Source of the DNA: an uncultured Pseudomonadota bacterium
GTDB taxonomy: Bacteria; UBA10199; JADFYH01
Length of the DNA: 36,980 bases
Direction: 5' to 3'
Assembly: GCA_964595045.1 (NCBI GenBank)
Contig: CAZQOW010000003.1
Location: 1-36,980 of the forward strand
The notes beneath the pieces were generated by a model, which was not told the DNA's origin, ran no database searches, and worked only from the letters and a program-made list of their open reading frames with translations. Both the position numbers and the translations under genes were made by a program. This document shows, in pieces, positions 16,483 to 26,320 of this stretch; positions within the stretch are counted from its first letter, which is position 1; every line of letters starts with the position of its first letter.

Positions 16483-16497
16483 CATAACGCCCCCTAA

Positions 16498-16520
16498 CCC
16501 CCTCTTACCTTAAGAGGGGG
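16498..16520 (+). promoter_or_regulatory. REP-like hairpin family C whose 3' arm is the tamB Shine-Dalgarno region
   Basis: Perfect 10-bp stem CCCCCTCTTA (16498-16507) / TAAGAGGGGG (16511-16520) with loop CCT. The purine run GAGGGGGG ends 6 nt before the TTG start at 16528. Confidence 0.55.
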
Positions 16521-16527
16521 GACTTCT

Positions 16528-19500
16528 TTGGGAAACTATTTGAAAAAATCATACAAAAAATTGTGGATTGTTTTTTTCGTTCTATTGGCGATTACCTCGA
16601 GTTTCCTTTACTGGTCTCTTTATACCAAACATGGTTTTCAGAGTACTTGGGGGAGATTGGCCCGTCTTGTTCCCGGTTCGCTTCGATGGGATGATTTGAA
16701 TCTGGATTTGGCTCATCAATCGATCGAGGTGAAAGGTTTAAGTTATACTTTGCCGGAAGGAATAAAGCTGGTTGATCTGCATCATTTTAAGGCCCAGATC
16801 CGGTTAAGCTCGGTTTTTCGATTGAAAGCGATTTTTAAACTTTTTGAAATCGATGGGCTTTCGTTTGATCTTTCGAATGTTCAACCGAGAAAAGAGGGAA
16901 AGTTTCCCTCCGATCTGATTCGCGAATTGAGTAAAAGAATTTCGATCAATCAAGGAGAAATTAAAAATATTTCCATCCAATTGAAAAATGGAACCGTTCG
17001 CTTTCCTTTAATCCGTCTGTATTATCAGTCGCATACGCTTGGAAATCATTGGATGAAATTTTCCCTATTGAATAGTGAGGGAGAATTGGCTCATCAACCT
17101 TTGTCAGTCGATGAAATAAGTTACGAAGGGGAGTTTTCATTTCCGCAAGAAACCAAAAATTTTTTCTCTCTCAAACATGCAACCGGTAAATTGAATTTAA
17201 AAGGGGCACATTTTGGGAAATGGAATTTATCCGATTTTTCTACTCAAGCCGTTTTTGATGGTGAGGAGATTGATTTTAAGGGGATCGATTTAAAAATAGG
17301 AGAAAATCGTTATCAGTTGAAATTGAAGTTTGCCCCGATCGCTCAAAGGGCAAAAGGGGAATTTTCCTCCGTTGATTGGGTGAAGGTTGAACAACTTCCC
17401 GGCTTGAATGAGCACGCTCGAAGCACTTTCGAAAAAACAAAATTTTCTCTCCAATTTAATCTAGTCGGTTTCACTCCGCAGGAGATGCAGGGAACTATTG
17501 CTCTCGATTTGAAAGCGAATAATAATTATTTAAACCCTAAAACACCCAACCTCTCTATCCAACTTTCTTCCAAAATAGAAAAAGGGAGATTTGATTTAAC
17601 CAAATTTCAGATTCAGAGCGAAAAAACTTTACTCACCGGAAAAGGTTTTGTCGATTTTGCGAAGATGGAATTGAAAGTTCCCATCGAAGGAAAAGCGATT
17701 GATTTGAAAACGCTGATATCTTTTTTCTCCGATCAGGAGATTGTCGGTTACGCGGATGTGACCGGAGAAATAGCCGGAAAATTGACACTTCCAGATTTTA
17801 AGTTTCATGGAAAAGCGTCAGAAGCAGGATATAAGTTTCTTAAATTTGGTGAAATCGTTGGCGACTTCGATATTTTAAAAGGGGATATGCATTACAAAGG
17901 AAAAACTCCTCCCAATTCCCCTTTTGTGGGAGATGTTGATGTCGCAGTAAATGGAATTTTCGATAATGATAAAAGACATGCGATATTGAAAGTGAACTTC
18001 AATAATCTCGATGCAACTACATTGCTTGAAAATACAGATATCCAAGGAAAAATCAGCGGATTTTATGAAATGGATGTTTTTCACGACAGCAAAAAAGGGA
18101 AACTGGTTACTCATGTAAAAGATTTTAAGATGTATCAATTTCATGTCGGCGATATGGAAGTTGAAGGAGATCTAAAAAATAATGATTTCATCTTTCCAAA
18201 AATTAATTTTCAACCACCCAATTATCAAAAAATTTCCATGCCTCGTCCGGTTGAATTTCATTTCAGTGATCAGGGATTCAAATTCAAAGGTTCTCCTTTT
18301 CAGGGGATGGATACCGAAGGGGGATATGTTTATACTCGACAAAACGTTTTAAATATCCAAACGAAATGTCACCAATGTTCTATTGCTCCACTTCTCGCTG
18401 CGCTTGATCAGAAACCAATCGAAGGAATTATTAATGCGAAGATGGATATGGATCTTTTGATCGGGAATTTTCAAAATTCCAAAATGTTGACTGAGATTGA
18501 TTTTTTCGAAATTCCGATCGGAGACAATAAGTTAACCAATTCCGGAGTTCTCAAAATTGGTTATCGCCAAGGTTCTTTTCATTTTGACCAAGTGAGTTTG
18601 GCTTTGAATGAGCAAATATTAAAAATACAGGGTTCTTTTTCCACAGAAGGGGCTCTGAATCTGCAGGTCAATGGTTCTCCTGACCTTGCGATTTTGAAAA
18701 TGTTTCCTCTCTATTTTCGGGATGCCGGAGGGGCCACCCAAGCAGATCTTTCCGTGAAGGGAAATATGAAAGAGCCGCTGGTCTCTGGTGCGATTACATT
18801 TAAGGGAGGATTCATTTTGCCTCGAGCCCTAGGAAATACCATCGAGAACTTAAAAGGAAAAATCGCTCTCGATTCTCAAAAGATAAATTTTGAAAATCTC
18901 GAAGGGACCATTTTGGATGGGGATGTGAAAGTTTCAGGGAGTTTGTGGCATGAGCAGTTCAAAATTAAAAAAGCTGATTTGAAAGCTGAGTTTCAAGAGA
19001 TTGCGTATACGGAACCTGCAGTGTTGAAACTGACTTTTTCCGGAAAAATGACTCTGACAGGAAGCGACCCACATCTGCTTCTAGCAGGAGATCTTGATAT
19101 AACGCAGGGAAGATATATCAAAAATTTTGATATCAAGAATTATATTATTAAGCCGGCCCCTGTTCCGTCGTCTCAGGACGTGGGAAATTTATTTGAGAAT
19201 ATTAATATTGATCTTCGAATCAAGAGTCCGGGAGAGTTTTTGATTAGAAATAATATCGCCGAGATTTATCTGAAAAGTGATCTTCATATTACTGGTAACA
19301 AATCGAATCCAAAATATGAGGGAGCGTTAGAAGTTCTTGATGGAAGTTTTCACTATTTTAAGATCAATTTTAGTAATGCAAAAGGGGTGATTGACTTCAG
19401 AGATGCATCAAGAAAAGATCCCTATGTTGATATCACGGCGCAGAATCTTTTTGAACGTCCTTCCGGTGATTATGTGGTGATTGCCCATGTTCAAGGATTT

Positions 19501-19926
19501 GCAGAAAATTTACAAACAACATTTAGCTCAAATCCACCCCTAGAAAATCGGGAGATTTTGGCTCTGGTTTTTACGGGAGCACTTCCGTTTGAAAACCAAA
19601 AACTTTCTGGAACGGATATAGCGGGTTCGGTTTTGGCGAGTCAATTAACCGGTTTGATTGAGCAACCGCTGACTGGTTTTACACATCTGGATATTTTTCG
19701 CTTAGAGGCATCGGATCCCGATTCAAAAAGTTTAACTTCTCTCGTTGTTGGAAAAAGGGTGACAGAACGTTTGACTTTGGAGTTTAAAACCGATCTTTCC
19801 GTAGAAGAAACTGCCAATTATATTCAGGCCGAATATTTGTTGTTCGATAATGTTTTGCTCAAGGCTTCTCGAAGTTCACTCGCACGATATAAGCTAGATC
19901 TTACTTTGAGGTTTAAGGGGTATTGA
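16528..19926 (+). CDS. tamB: translocation and assembly module protein TamB-like (DUF490 family)
   Basis: 1,132 aa. TTG at 16528 is the only start codon between the in-frame stop at 16495-97 and the N-terminal anchor helix LWIVFFVLLAITSSFLYWSLY. The body is long and beta-rich, and the gene sits directly upstream of an Omp85 gene, the standard TAM arrangement. Confidence 0.75.
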   Translation: MGNYLKKSYKKLWIVFFVLLAITSSFLYWSLYTKHGFQSTWGRLARLVPGSLRWDDLNLDLAHQSIEVKGLSYTLPEGIKLVDLHHFKAQIRLSSVFRLKAIFKLFEIDGLSFDLSNVQPRKEGKFPSDLIRELSKRISINQGEIKNISIQLKNGTVRFPLIRLYYQSHTLGNHWMKFSLLNSEGELAHQPLSVDEISYEGEFSFPQETKNFFSLKHATGKLNLKGAHFGKWNLSDFSTQAVFDGEEIDFKGIDLKIGENRYQLKLKFAPIAQRAKGEFSSVDWVKVEQLPGLNEHARSTFEKTKFSLQFNLVGFTPQEMQGTIALDLKANNNYLNPKTPNLSIQLSSKIEKGRFDLTKFQIQSEKTLLTGKGFVDFAKMELKVPIEGKAIDLKTLISFFSDQEIVGYADVTGEIAGKLTLPDFKFHGKASEAGYKFLKFGEIVGDFDILKGDMHYKGKTPPNSPFVGDVDVAVNGIFDNDKRHAILKVNFNNLDATTLLENTDIQGKISGFYEMDVFHDSKKGKLVTHVKDFKMYQFHVGDMEVEGDLKNNDFIFPKINFQPPNYQKISMPRPVEFHFSDQGFKFKGSPFQGMDTEGGYVYTRQNVLNIQTKCHQCSIAPLLAALDQKPIEGIINAKMDMDLLIGNFQNSKMLTEIDFFEIPIGDNKLTNSGVLKIGYRQGSFHFDQVSLALNEQILKIQGSFSTEGALNLQVNGSPDLAILKMFPLYFRDAGGATQADLSVKGNMKEPLVSGAITFKGGFILPRALGNTIENLKGKIALDSQKINFENLEGTILDGDVKVSGSLWHEQFKIKKADLKAEFQEIAYTEPAVLKLTFSGKMTLTGSDPHLLLAGDLDITQGRYIKNFDIKNYIIKPAPVPSSQDVGNLFENINIDLRIKSPGEFLIRNNIAEIYLKSDLHITGNKSNPKYEGALEVLDGSFHYFKINFSNAKGVIDFRDASRKDPYVDITAQNLFERPSGDYVVIAHVQGFAENLQTTFSSNPPLENREILALVFTGALPFENQKLSGTDIAGSVLASQLTGLIEQPLTGFTHLDIFRLEASDPDSKSLTSLVVGKRVTERLTLEFKTDLSVEETANYIQAEYLLFDNVLLKASRSSLARYKLDLTLRFKGY

Positions 19927-19962
19927 TCATCATCCAATGTCATGGGTTATGAGTAATGAGTT

Positions 19963-22656
19963 ATGCGTTTAAAATCTTTTTTTCTAATTTTTATCTTTCT
20001 TTCTCCGACTTTTCTCGGAATTCCATCTAGCTTTGCTGCTGAAAAAATCCGCTCGATTAAAATTGAAACAGAGGTTCCAGAACGAAATGAGACGGTTTAT
20101 GCCATTATCCGAATCAAAGAAGGGGATAATTTCGATCCCGAAAAAGTAGAGAATGCAATTTACGATCTTCGAAAGTGGGGAGTTTATAAAAATGTTGAAG
20201 TTCTTGTGGAACATGAACAAGGAGATGTTTCTCTGGTTTTTCAACTTCAAGATGCCTTTCTCATTAAAACGGTCGATATCAGTGGCAATTATCCGATCCT
20301 CGAAAAAGATGTAAAGAAAGCGATTTTTATGACTCCGGGAGATGTTTATCAGCCGGAGAGAATCCCAGAGCAGGTTGCCCGGCTGATCGCTTTTTATGAA
20401 AAGGAAGGTTATCGACAAACCTCCGTGACGATCGAAGAAAAAAAAGATTTATCTCATCGAATGATTGCTCTGAAGGTGAAAATAAAAAAAGGGAAAGATT
20501 ATCGGGTTGGGGATATTACGGTGAAAGGAAATAACGTTTTTTTGGAGAGCCGAATCAAAAATAAAATCACCCGAATTTTTGGATTCAGCCCGAAAATTTT
20601 GAAGAAAGATGTAGAGTCGATTGAAAAACTTTATCACACAAATAATCATCCTCGTGTGAGAGTTAAGGCAACGGTCCAATTTGACGAAGAAAAACGGAAA
20701 GCGAACATCACTCTCGAAATTCGAGAAGGGAAAAAAGTGATTGTTGTTTTTGATGGGAATGCCCATCAGTCTTCCACTCATCTGCGAAAGATCGTCGGAG
20801 TGACCGATACCGGAGATTATGATGAATTTGAGCTCGATCATTCAAAAAGCCAACTCATCGAACATTACCATTCTTTGGGATATGAAGGGACTGAAGTTAC
20901 CGCTGAGAAAAAGGAGCTGAATTCTCAAACCGTTCAGGTCCTTTTCAAAATTCAGGAAGGAAACAAAAGAGTAATCAAATCGATTGATTTTGAAGGAAAT
21001 AAGGCCTTTTCCGACAAAAGACTAAAAGCTCAAATGCTCACAGAACCTGAAGCGATTTTGACTCCAGGGGTTTTTTCAGAAGAGGCTTTCAAGCAAGATT
21101 TACAGACGATTGAATCTTTTTATCAGGCAAATGGGTTTATTGAAGCAAAAATCGATCACTGGAAAAAAGATCTGATCCCAACCCAAGATAAATATCGGAT
21201 TCAAATCCAATTAACTGAAAAAAGTCAGACGAAAGTTGAAAATGTTGATTTCGAGGGTTTAAAACTGTTTACCCCGGTGCAAATCAAAAAACTTTTGAAT
21301 GTGAAAGAGGGTAATCCTTATTCCGTCGTTCGTCTAGAGGATGATGTTCGGGCAATTCTTGTTTATTATGCCAATCATGGTCACCCTTATGCTGAAGCGA
21401 AAACAGAAGTAGAGGAGGTTGCTCCTTATCAAGTAAAGATTCATTATAAAATCCTCGAAGGGGCCGAAGTTCGCATTGGTAAAACACTTTTAGTCGGTAA
21501 TTTTATTACTCAAGACTCCACCATTCGTAAAACTGTGCAGTTTAAACAGGGAGATTTATTTAATCCTCAAAAAATCTTGCAGAGCCAGACTTTTTTGAGA
21601 AAGTTAGGGGTTTTTGATGCTCTTTCTCTAGAAACACTCGGATTAAAAGGGAAAGAAGAAGTAATTCACGTCGTTGTTCGAGTCGAAGAGAAAAAAATTC
21701 GAACCGTTGATATGGGGTTTTCTTACGATACCGATACGAAGTTTAAAGGAACTCTCAATTATACCCACCTGAATCTTCTCGGTTGGGCAAAACAGTTTTC
21801 ATTAAAGTTGACCGGTGGAAATCAGTTCAATCGTGCGGAGATTGATTATACAGATCCACGACTTTTTGGATCGAGCTGGCAATATTTGAACAGCCTCTTC
21901 GCCCAATTTGAAAGAAGACCATATTTCCAAGATGTCCAAACAGGAGGATCAACCGCCTTGATCCGAGAATTAACAAGAAAACTTTCAGTTCTTTTGAAAT
22001 ATGAATTGATTCAAACGACTTTCAACGATGAAAAGACCGATTTTTCCCAACTTCGTCCAGGAACAAACAATAACACGACCGGCAAATTTCAATTTTTGAT
22101 TACGTATGATGGAAGAGATAATTTTGGTGATCCCCACTCAGGTATTTATGCTTCCGGAACGACTGCTTTCGGAACAGAGTTCACCAATGCGACAGCTAAA
22201 TTTTTTAAACTCAATACTCGAACCGGTCATTGGTGGTCTCCATTTCGTCGTTTCACCATTGCCAATGCGCTTCGCTTATATGCGGTTGTTCCGGTGACGG
22301 TGAACGATCAAGTTCCTCCTCAAGAGCTTATCTTTTTGGGAGGTGATGATACACTTCGTGGTTTTAGAGAAGATGCTTTAAATCCTGGAGGAGGAAAAGT
22401 GGCCTTTGTCCACAATCTTGAATTCCAAATGCGACTTTTTAAAGGAGTAGAGGTAGTTCTTTTTATGGATACAGGAAGTTTAATTAATAATTTGGATCAA
22501 ATCAGTCTTTATAATGTTCGACATTCGGCTGGAGGAGGAATTCGATATATTACGCCTGTCGGTCCCGTTCGATTAGATTATGGAGTTATTCTCAATAGAC
22601 AGCCGACTGATCCAAACAGAACACGATTGCATTTCACCTTTGGATATTTCTTCTAA
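19963..22656 (+). CDS. Omp85-family outer membrane protein assembly factor (BamA/TamA family)
   Basis: Signal peptide MRLKSFFLIFIFLSPTFLGIPSSFAAE, multiple POTRA-like repeats (I..I.I.GN... units), and a C-terminal barrel ending in the aromatic signature HFTFGYFF. Confidence 0.85.
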   Translation: MRLKSFFLIFIFLSPTFLGIPSSFAAEKIRSIKIETEVPERNETVYAIIRIKEGDNFDPEKVENAIYDLRKWGVYKNVEVLVEHEQGDVSLVFQLQDAFLIKTVDISGNYPILEKDVKKAIFMTPGDVYQPERIPEQVARLIAFYEKEGYRQTSVTIEEKKDLSHRMIALKVKIKKGKDYRVGDITVKGNNVFLESRIKNKITRIFGFSPKILKKDVESIEKLYHTNNHPRVRVKATVQFDEEKRKANITLEIREGKKVIVVFDGNAHQSSTHLRKIVGVTDTGDYDEFELDHSKSQLIEHYHSLGYEGTEVTAEKKELNSQTVQVLFKIQEGNKRVIKSIDFEGNKAFSDKRLKAQMLTEPEAILTPGVFSEEAFKQDLQTIESFYQANGFIEAKIDHWKKDLIPTQDKYRIQIQLTEKSQTKVENVDFEGLKLFTPVQIKKLLNVKEGNPYSVVRLEDDVRAILVYYANHGHPYAEAKTEVEEVAPYQVKIHYKILEGAEVRIGKTLLVGNFITQDSTIRKTVQFKQGDLFNPQKILQSQTFLRKLGVFDALSLETLGLKGKEEVIHVVVRVEEKKIRTVDMGFSYDTDTKFKGTLNYTHLNLLGWAKQFSLKLTGGNQFNRAEIDYTDPRLFGSSWQYLNSLFAQFERRPYFQDVQTGGSTALIRELTRKLSVLLKYELIQTTFNDEKTDFSQLRPGTNNNTTGKFQFLITYDGRDNFGDPHSGIYASGTTAFGTEFTNATAKFFKLNTRTGHWWSPFRRFTIANALRLYAVVPVTVNDQVPPQELIFLGGDDTLRGFREDALNPGGGKVAFVHNLEFQMRLFKGVEVVLFMDTGSLINNLDQISLYNVRHSAGGGIRYITPVGPVRLDYGVILNRQPTDPNRTRLHFTFGYFF

Positions 22657-22699
22657 TTTTTCTGTCGTTTCTCAATTAAAATATCTATAAAATGAAAAT

Positions 22700-23437
22700 A
22701 TGGAAAAGTTTTTACGCAAGATGATGCAAAAATTGGGAGGGGTGGTTGAAAAAATAGCAGCGAGTTCTCATCAAGCCAAGACAAAAAAACGGTTTTCTCC
22801 GACTATTTCTAAACCGGAAGCAGTTCTCTCCAAGGCAAAAATCCAAAAAATCTTAGAGATAATCGAAGTGGAAAGTATTACCCCACTGATTACAAATCTC
22901 TCCGGTAAAAAAACGTTGCATGCCTCTGCCACCGGAAGTGCCAAATGGGATCTTCTTTTGGAAAAAGGGGCAGAGAAGATTATCGACTTTGAGGTCGGAA
23001 TTTCCACCCGAAGCCGAGCGATCGTTGAAAACTCGCAAGGAATCTTATTTGCGAGAGGAAATTTGATGCAGGCTCCGTTTCTAGAGAAAAGTTTTGATTT
23101 TCTAGTTCTGTTCGCTGCCCGTCTCGATAAAAAGGATTTTACTAATTCGTTTTCAGAAATCGCCCGCATTCTTCAAGACGGTTCTCGAGTCGTCATCTCA
23201 TTCACTCATCCCTATCTTGAATATGCACTGAATCCGAAAGCTGGCTTTTTAAATCGTATCGATCAATATTTTATGTTGCTCCGAAAAGCAGGGATTTATG
23301 TCGAACAAATGAGAGAAATTTTTGTGACTCCCCATCTTCTTTCTTTAGTGAAGCCATCCATTGATCCGATCGAATTGGGTTCGCTCGAAAAAATCCCATT
23401 TGTTGTTTTTTTCAAAGGAATTCGGCTAAGAAGATAA
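22700..23437 (+). CDS. class I methyltransferase-fold protein with degenerate SAM motif I
   Basis: Post-motif I architecture resembles Methyltransf_11 (IIDFEVGIS; ARGNLMQAPFLEKSFDFLVLF; FSEIARILQDGSRVVISF). Where the GxGxG box is expected the sequence is TLHASATGSAKW. Confidence 0.5.
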   Translation: MEKFLRKMMQKLGGVVEKIAASSHQAKTKKRFSPTISKPEAVLSKAKIQKILEIIEVESITPLITNLSGKKTLHASATGSAKWDLLLEKGAEKIIDFEVGISTRSRAIVENSQGILFARGNLMQAPFLEKSFDFLVLFAARLDKKDFTNSFSEIARILQDGSRVVISFTHPYLEYALNPKAGFLNRIDQYFMLLRKAGIYVEQMREIFVTPHLLSLVKPSIDPIELGSLEKIPFVVFFKGIRLRR

Positions 23438-23508
23438 ATATTTAGCTCCTTATATGTTTGAACTTTTTGGACGCTCCAACATTAAGCAGCTCGATATCTC
23501 CTAAAATT

Positions 23509-23982
23509 ATGAAACCTACAGAAAATTCTCCAGAAGCTAAATTAAAAGAGCTGAAAATCCATCTTACCGAACCGGTTCCTTCCGAGGGAAATTATGTTCC
23601 CTGTGTTAGAACCGGTTCGCTTCTTTTTATTAGCGGACAACTTCCAAAAGTCGGCCCACAACTTGCCTTTAAAGGAAGATTAGGGAAAGACGTTTCGATG
23701 GATAATGGTCAAAGAGCTGCCAAGCAAGCATTGGCAAACGCTCTTTCGATTGTGAAGTATGAATTAGGTTCACTCGACAAAGTCAAAAAGGTGGTTCGCC
23801 TGACCGGTTATGTGAATAGTTATCCTGGATTTTGCGATCAGGTAAAAGTGATGGATGCTGCCAGTGAGCTTTTGGTTCAGATTTTTGGTCCAGCAGGAAA
23901 ACATAGTCGAGTCACCGTCGGAGTGACAGATTTGCCAGGCTTTGCAACTGTTGAAATCGATCTAATTCTGGAAGTGAGATGA
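23509..23982 (+). CDS. RidA/YjgF family protein
   Basis: LKELKIHLTEPVPSEGNYVPCVRTGSLLFISGQLP and the C-terminal TVEIDLILEV are typical of the RidA family. The ORF is open back to TTG 23458. ATG 23509 gives the usual ~157-aa length. Confidence 0.85.
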   Translation: MKPTENSPEAKLKELKIHLTEPVPSEGNYVPCVRTGSLLFISGQLPKVGPQLAFKGRLGKDVSMDNGQRAAKQALANALSIVKYELGSLDKVKKVVRLTGYVNSYPGFCDQVKVMDAASELLVQIFGPAGKHSRVTVGVTDLPGFATVEIDLILEVR

Positions 23983-23985
23983 GTT

Positions 23986-24378
23986 TCAGGGAGTTTTCTT
24001 CTTCTCAAAAATATATTCAATTTTGCGTGCTAGAGAGGCGATGTGAAATGGTTTGGTGAGATAGTCATCGACCCCCATTTCAAAACATTTTCTGCGATCC
24101 ATTTGGCTATCTTTAGCTGAGAGCACCAAGATCATGATCCGTTGACTTGGAAAGTTCTCTTTTATTTTTTTGCTGACATCGAGCCCGCTCATTCCGGGCA
24201 TCATTAAATCTAAAATTACTAAATCAGGTTTTTCCTCTTCAATTTTTTTGAGTGCGTCGTATCCATTTGAAGCCGAAGTTACATGATATTTCTTTGAGTT
24301 AAGAAGACGAAAAATAATTTTAAAAATTTGAGGATCATCATCCACGACTAAAATTTTATGCTTTTCAACGTCGGACAT
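23986..24378 (-). CDS. single-domain (CheY-like) response regulator
   Basis: ILVVDDDP, DLVILDLMMPGMSG, LSAKD and DDYLTKPF give a complete receiver domain with no output domain (130 aa). Confidence 0.9.
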   Translation of the reverse strand: MSDVEKHKILVVDDDPQIFKIIFRLLNSKKYHVTSASNGYDALKKIEEEKPDLVILDLMMPGMSGLDVSKKIKENFPSQRIMILVLSAKDSQMDRRKCFEMGVDDYLTKPFHIASLARKIEYIFEKKKTP

Positions 24379-24683
24379 TGGGGTTGTATTATTTAAAAAT
24401 TTGAATGAATGTTTTCAATTTGTATAAAAATAGAATTTTAGATTACAGAAGATAAAGTCGAAAGGTCAACGAATAACTCCGCGGGAGATTTTTATAAAAA
24501 TTTTTTTATTTTGGTAACGCATTGCACAAGAATTTCTTGACACTTAGAGTCAGTCCATGTACTTAATAAAGATTAATATCCATTCGATAATGAAACATAT
24601 TTGAAATATTGTTCTTCATTTAAAAATCATTTTTTCTTTGAAGCTTTTCTTGGGTTTTGCAAGAAACACTAAAATTAAAATTC

Positions 24684-24711
24684 TTGACTTATAATTATAT
24701 ACACTTATTAT
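24684..24711 (+). promoter_or_regulatory. candidate sigma70 promoter TTGACT-16-TATTAT for porin 1
   Basis: -35 at 24684-24689 and -10 at 24706-24711. It is followed immediately by the palindrome TTGAAAA-TTAT-TTTTCAA. It would give a leader of about 265 nt. Confidence 0.4.
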
Positions 24712-24984
24712 TGAAAATTATTTTTCAATGAATGATTGAAATTTTCATCACATTCGAAAGTTAATTCACATTTTTAATTATAAAAATTTTTCATCTTCTG
24801 AGAGTATGGAGTCCCTGGGTAAGAAAGGGAGAAAGGGGGAAGTAATTTCCAGAGAAGTTGTTTAGAAATAGTAAAATAGTTTTTATCTAAATTATTATTC
24901 AAATAGTGGTAGAAGTTTTTTAATTTTATATTTTGAATGCATTGAAACTAAAAAATTCTTAAACGAAAAAAAGGAGAGGAAAAC

Positions 24985-26256
24985 ATGAAAAAACTAGGTT
25001 TAGTTGCTTTAGTGGCAACGCTTGTTTTGTCAAGCGCTGTCTCACTGAAAGCTGCAGACAAAAAAGGATCTCCAGGTGGTTTGGAGCTCAGTGGTAACGT
25101 CGATGTGGTCACCGGTTGGCAGCATGATAGTAAAAATGCCGATACATTCGTCGGAACCAATGGAACGAATGCTATCGTCAGTACTATTAACGATGCTGAT
25201 AACGCAGGCTTGCTTGGAGAAGGTCAATTGGGCGACTTTAGAGGTCTTGGTTCTCCAAGAAGAGATACATTCAACTTCTACCTTGATCAAGTGGAGCTCG
25301 ATCTTAATAAAACTTTCGGAGAAAACATTCGATTAAGAGCAGATCTTGATTTTGGTCGTTTCTTGTCGGGTTCTCAGCGGGTCACAGGAAGCAATAATTT
25401 CCTTTTAGAGCAAGGTTATGTGACTGCCAATATTCCTCTCGGAAATGGAGTTGAGTTCTTGATTGGTCGTTATAATGTCCCTCTTGGTCTTGAATCAGTC
25501 GATCGTGCAGAAAACATTACACTTTCATACACCAATCTTTATCGCTTCATTCGCCCACATAACGTCACAGGTGCAAAAATCTATTATGCATTTAGTGATG
25601 TTTTTGATTTGCATATTGGTGTAGTAAACAATCTTTATGATAGTATTTTTGGTGTTGGAACTTCAAATGCCAATAATGACACTCCTGTTCCTTCTTATCA
25701 TGCTCGATTCGGTTTCACTTGGGGAGAAAAAGGAAAAGAGCATGTTGTTGGTCTTTCCTATGCGGGTGGACCAGAAGGTGTTGTTCCTCATTTAGTGGGC
25801 GGAACATTAGTTTCTCAAAACCTAGAAAGACATTTTACTCACATTGCTGATATCGATTATTCCTTCCATGTTACCGATGCATTCGTTATCGCAGGTGAAG
25901 CAATCTACAGACAAGATAATAAAAACGGTGGAGCTTGTAATTCGCTCACCAAAAATTGTAAATCATGGGCTGGTCAAGCAACCTTTGCTTACAATTTTAA
26001 TGAAACTTGGAATGGATATTTCCGATATGAATATCTCCATGATTTCCAAGGAAACTACACAAACGTAGATCAGCAGATTCATGCGTTTAGTTTAGGTGCA
26101 GGTTATCAAATTGCAGATGGCGCAAAGATGAAATTAGAGTATCAGTTAGATCTTGGCCTTCCAGCAAGAAATATTGCAAAGCAAACAGCCTATTCTACCT
26201 ATGGTAGAACTTATTGGAATAATGCTTTCGCACTTGAATTTGCTTATAATTTCTAA
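24985..26256 (+). CDS. outer-membrane beta-barrel porin (uncharacterised family), paralogue 1
   Basis: Signal peptide MKKLGLVALVATLVLSSAVSLKA, strong SD AAGGAGAGG, amphipathic beta-strand periodicity, and the C-terminal signature FALEFAYNF. It is clearly paralogous to 26848..28074 (GLE[LI]SG.VD.V[TS]GWQHD, SP.RDTF..YLD.VE[LI]DL.K[TS]FGENIRLR.DLDFGR). Confidence 0.8.
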   Translation: MKKLGLVALVATLVLSSAVSLKAADKKGSPGGLELSGNVDVVTGWQHDSKNADTFVGTNGTNAIVSTINDADNAGLLGEGQLGDFRGLGSPRRDTFNFYLDQVELDLNKTFGENIRLRADLDFGRFLSGSQRVTGSNNFLLEQGYVTANIPLGNGVEFLIGRYNVPLGLESVDRAENITLSYTNLYRFIRPHNVTGAKIYYAFSDVFDLHIGVVNNLYDSIFGVGTSNANNDTPVPSYHARFGFTWGEKGKEHVVGLSYAGGPEGVVPHLVGGTLVSQNLERHFTHIADIDYSFHVTDAFVIAGEAIYRQDNKNGGACNSLTKNCKSWAGQATFAYNFNETWNGYFRYEYLHDFQGNYTNVDQQIHAFSLGAGYQIADGAKMKLEYQLDLGLPARNIAKQTAYSTYGRTYWNNAFALEFAYNF

Positions 26257-26284
26257 GCTTATTTGAATTGAAAGTTGTTAGTAA

Positions 26285-26320
26285 TAAAAAAACCCTGTCG
26301 AAAGACAGGGTTTTTTTATT
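26285..26320 (+). terminator. rho-independent terminator
   Basis: Stem CCCTGTC (26293-26299) / GACAGGG (26304-26310) with loop GAAA, flanked by an A-run upstream and TTTTTTT downstream. Confidence 0.85.

Noticed and set aside
24512-24526. sigma54-like string TGGTAACGCATTGCA upstream of porin 1.
   Set aside because: The GG-to-GC spacing is 11 nt instead of the invariant 12, so I do not call it. The nearby TTGACA at 24537-24542 lacks a convincing -10 (TACTTA).
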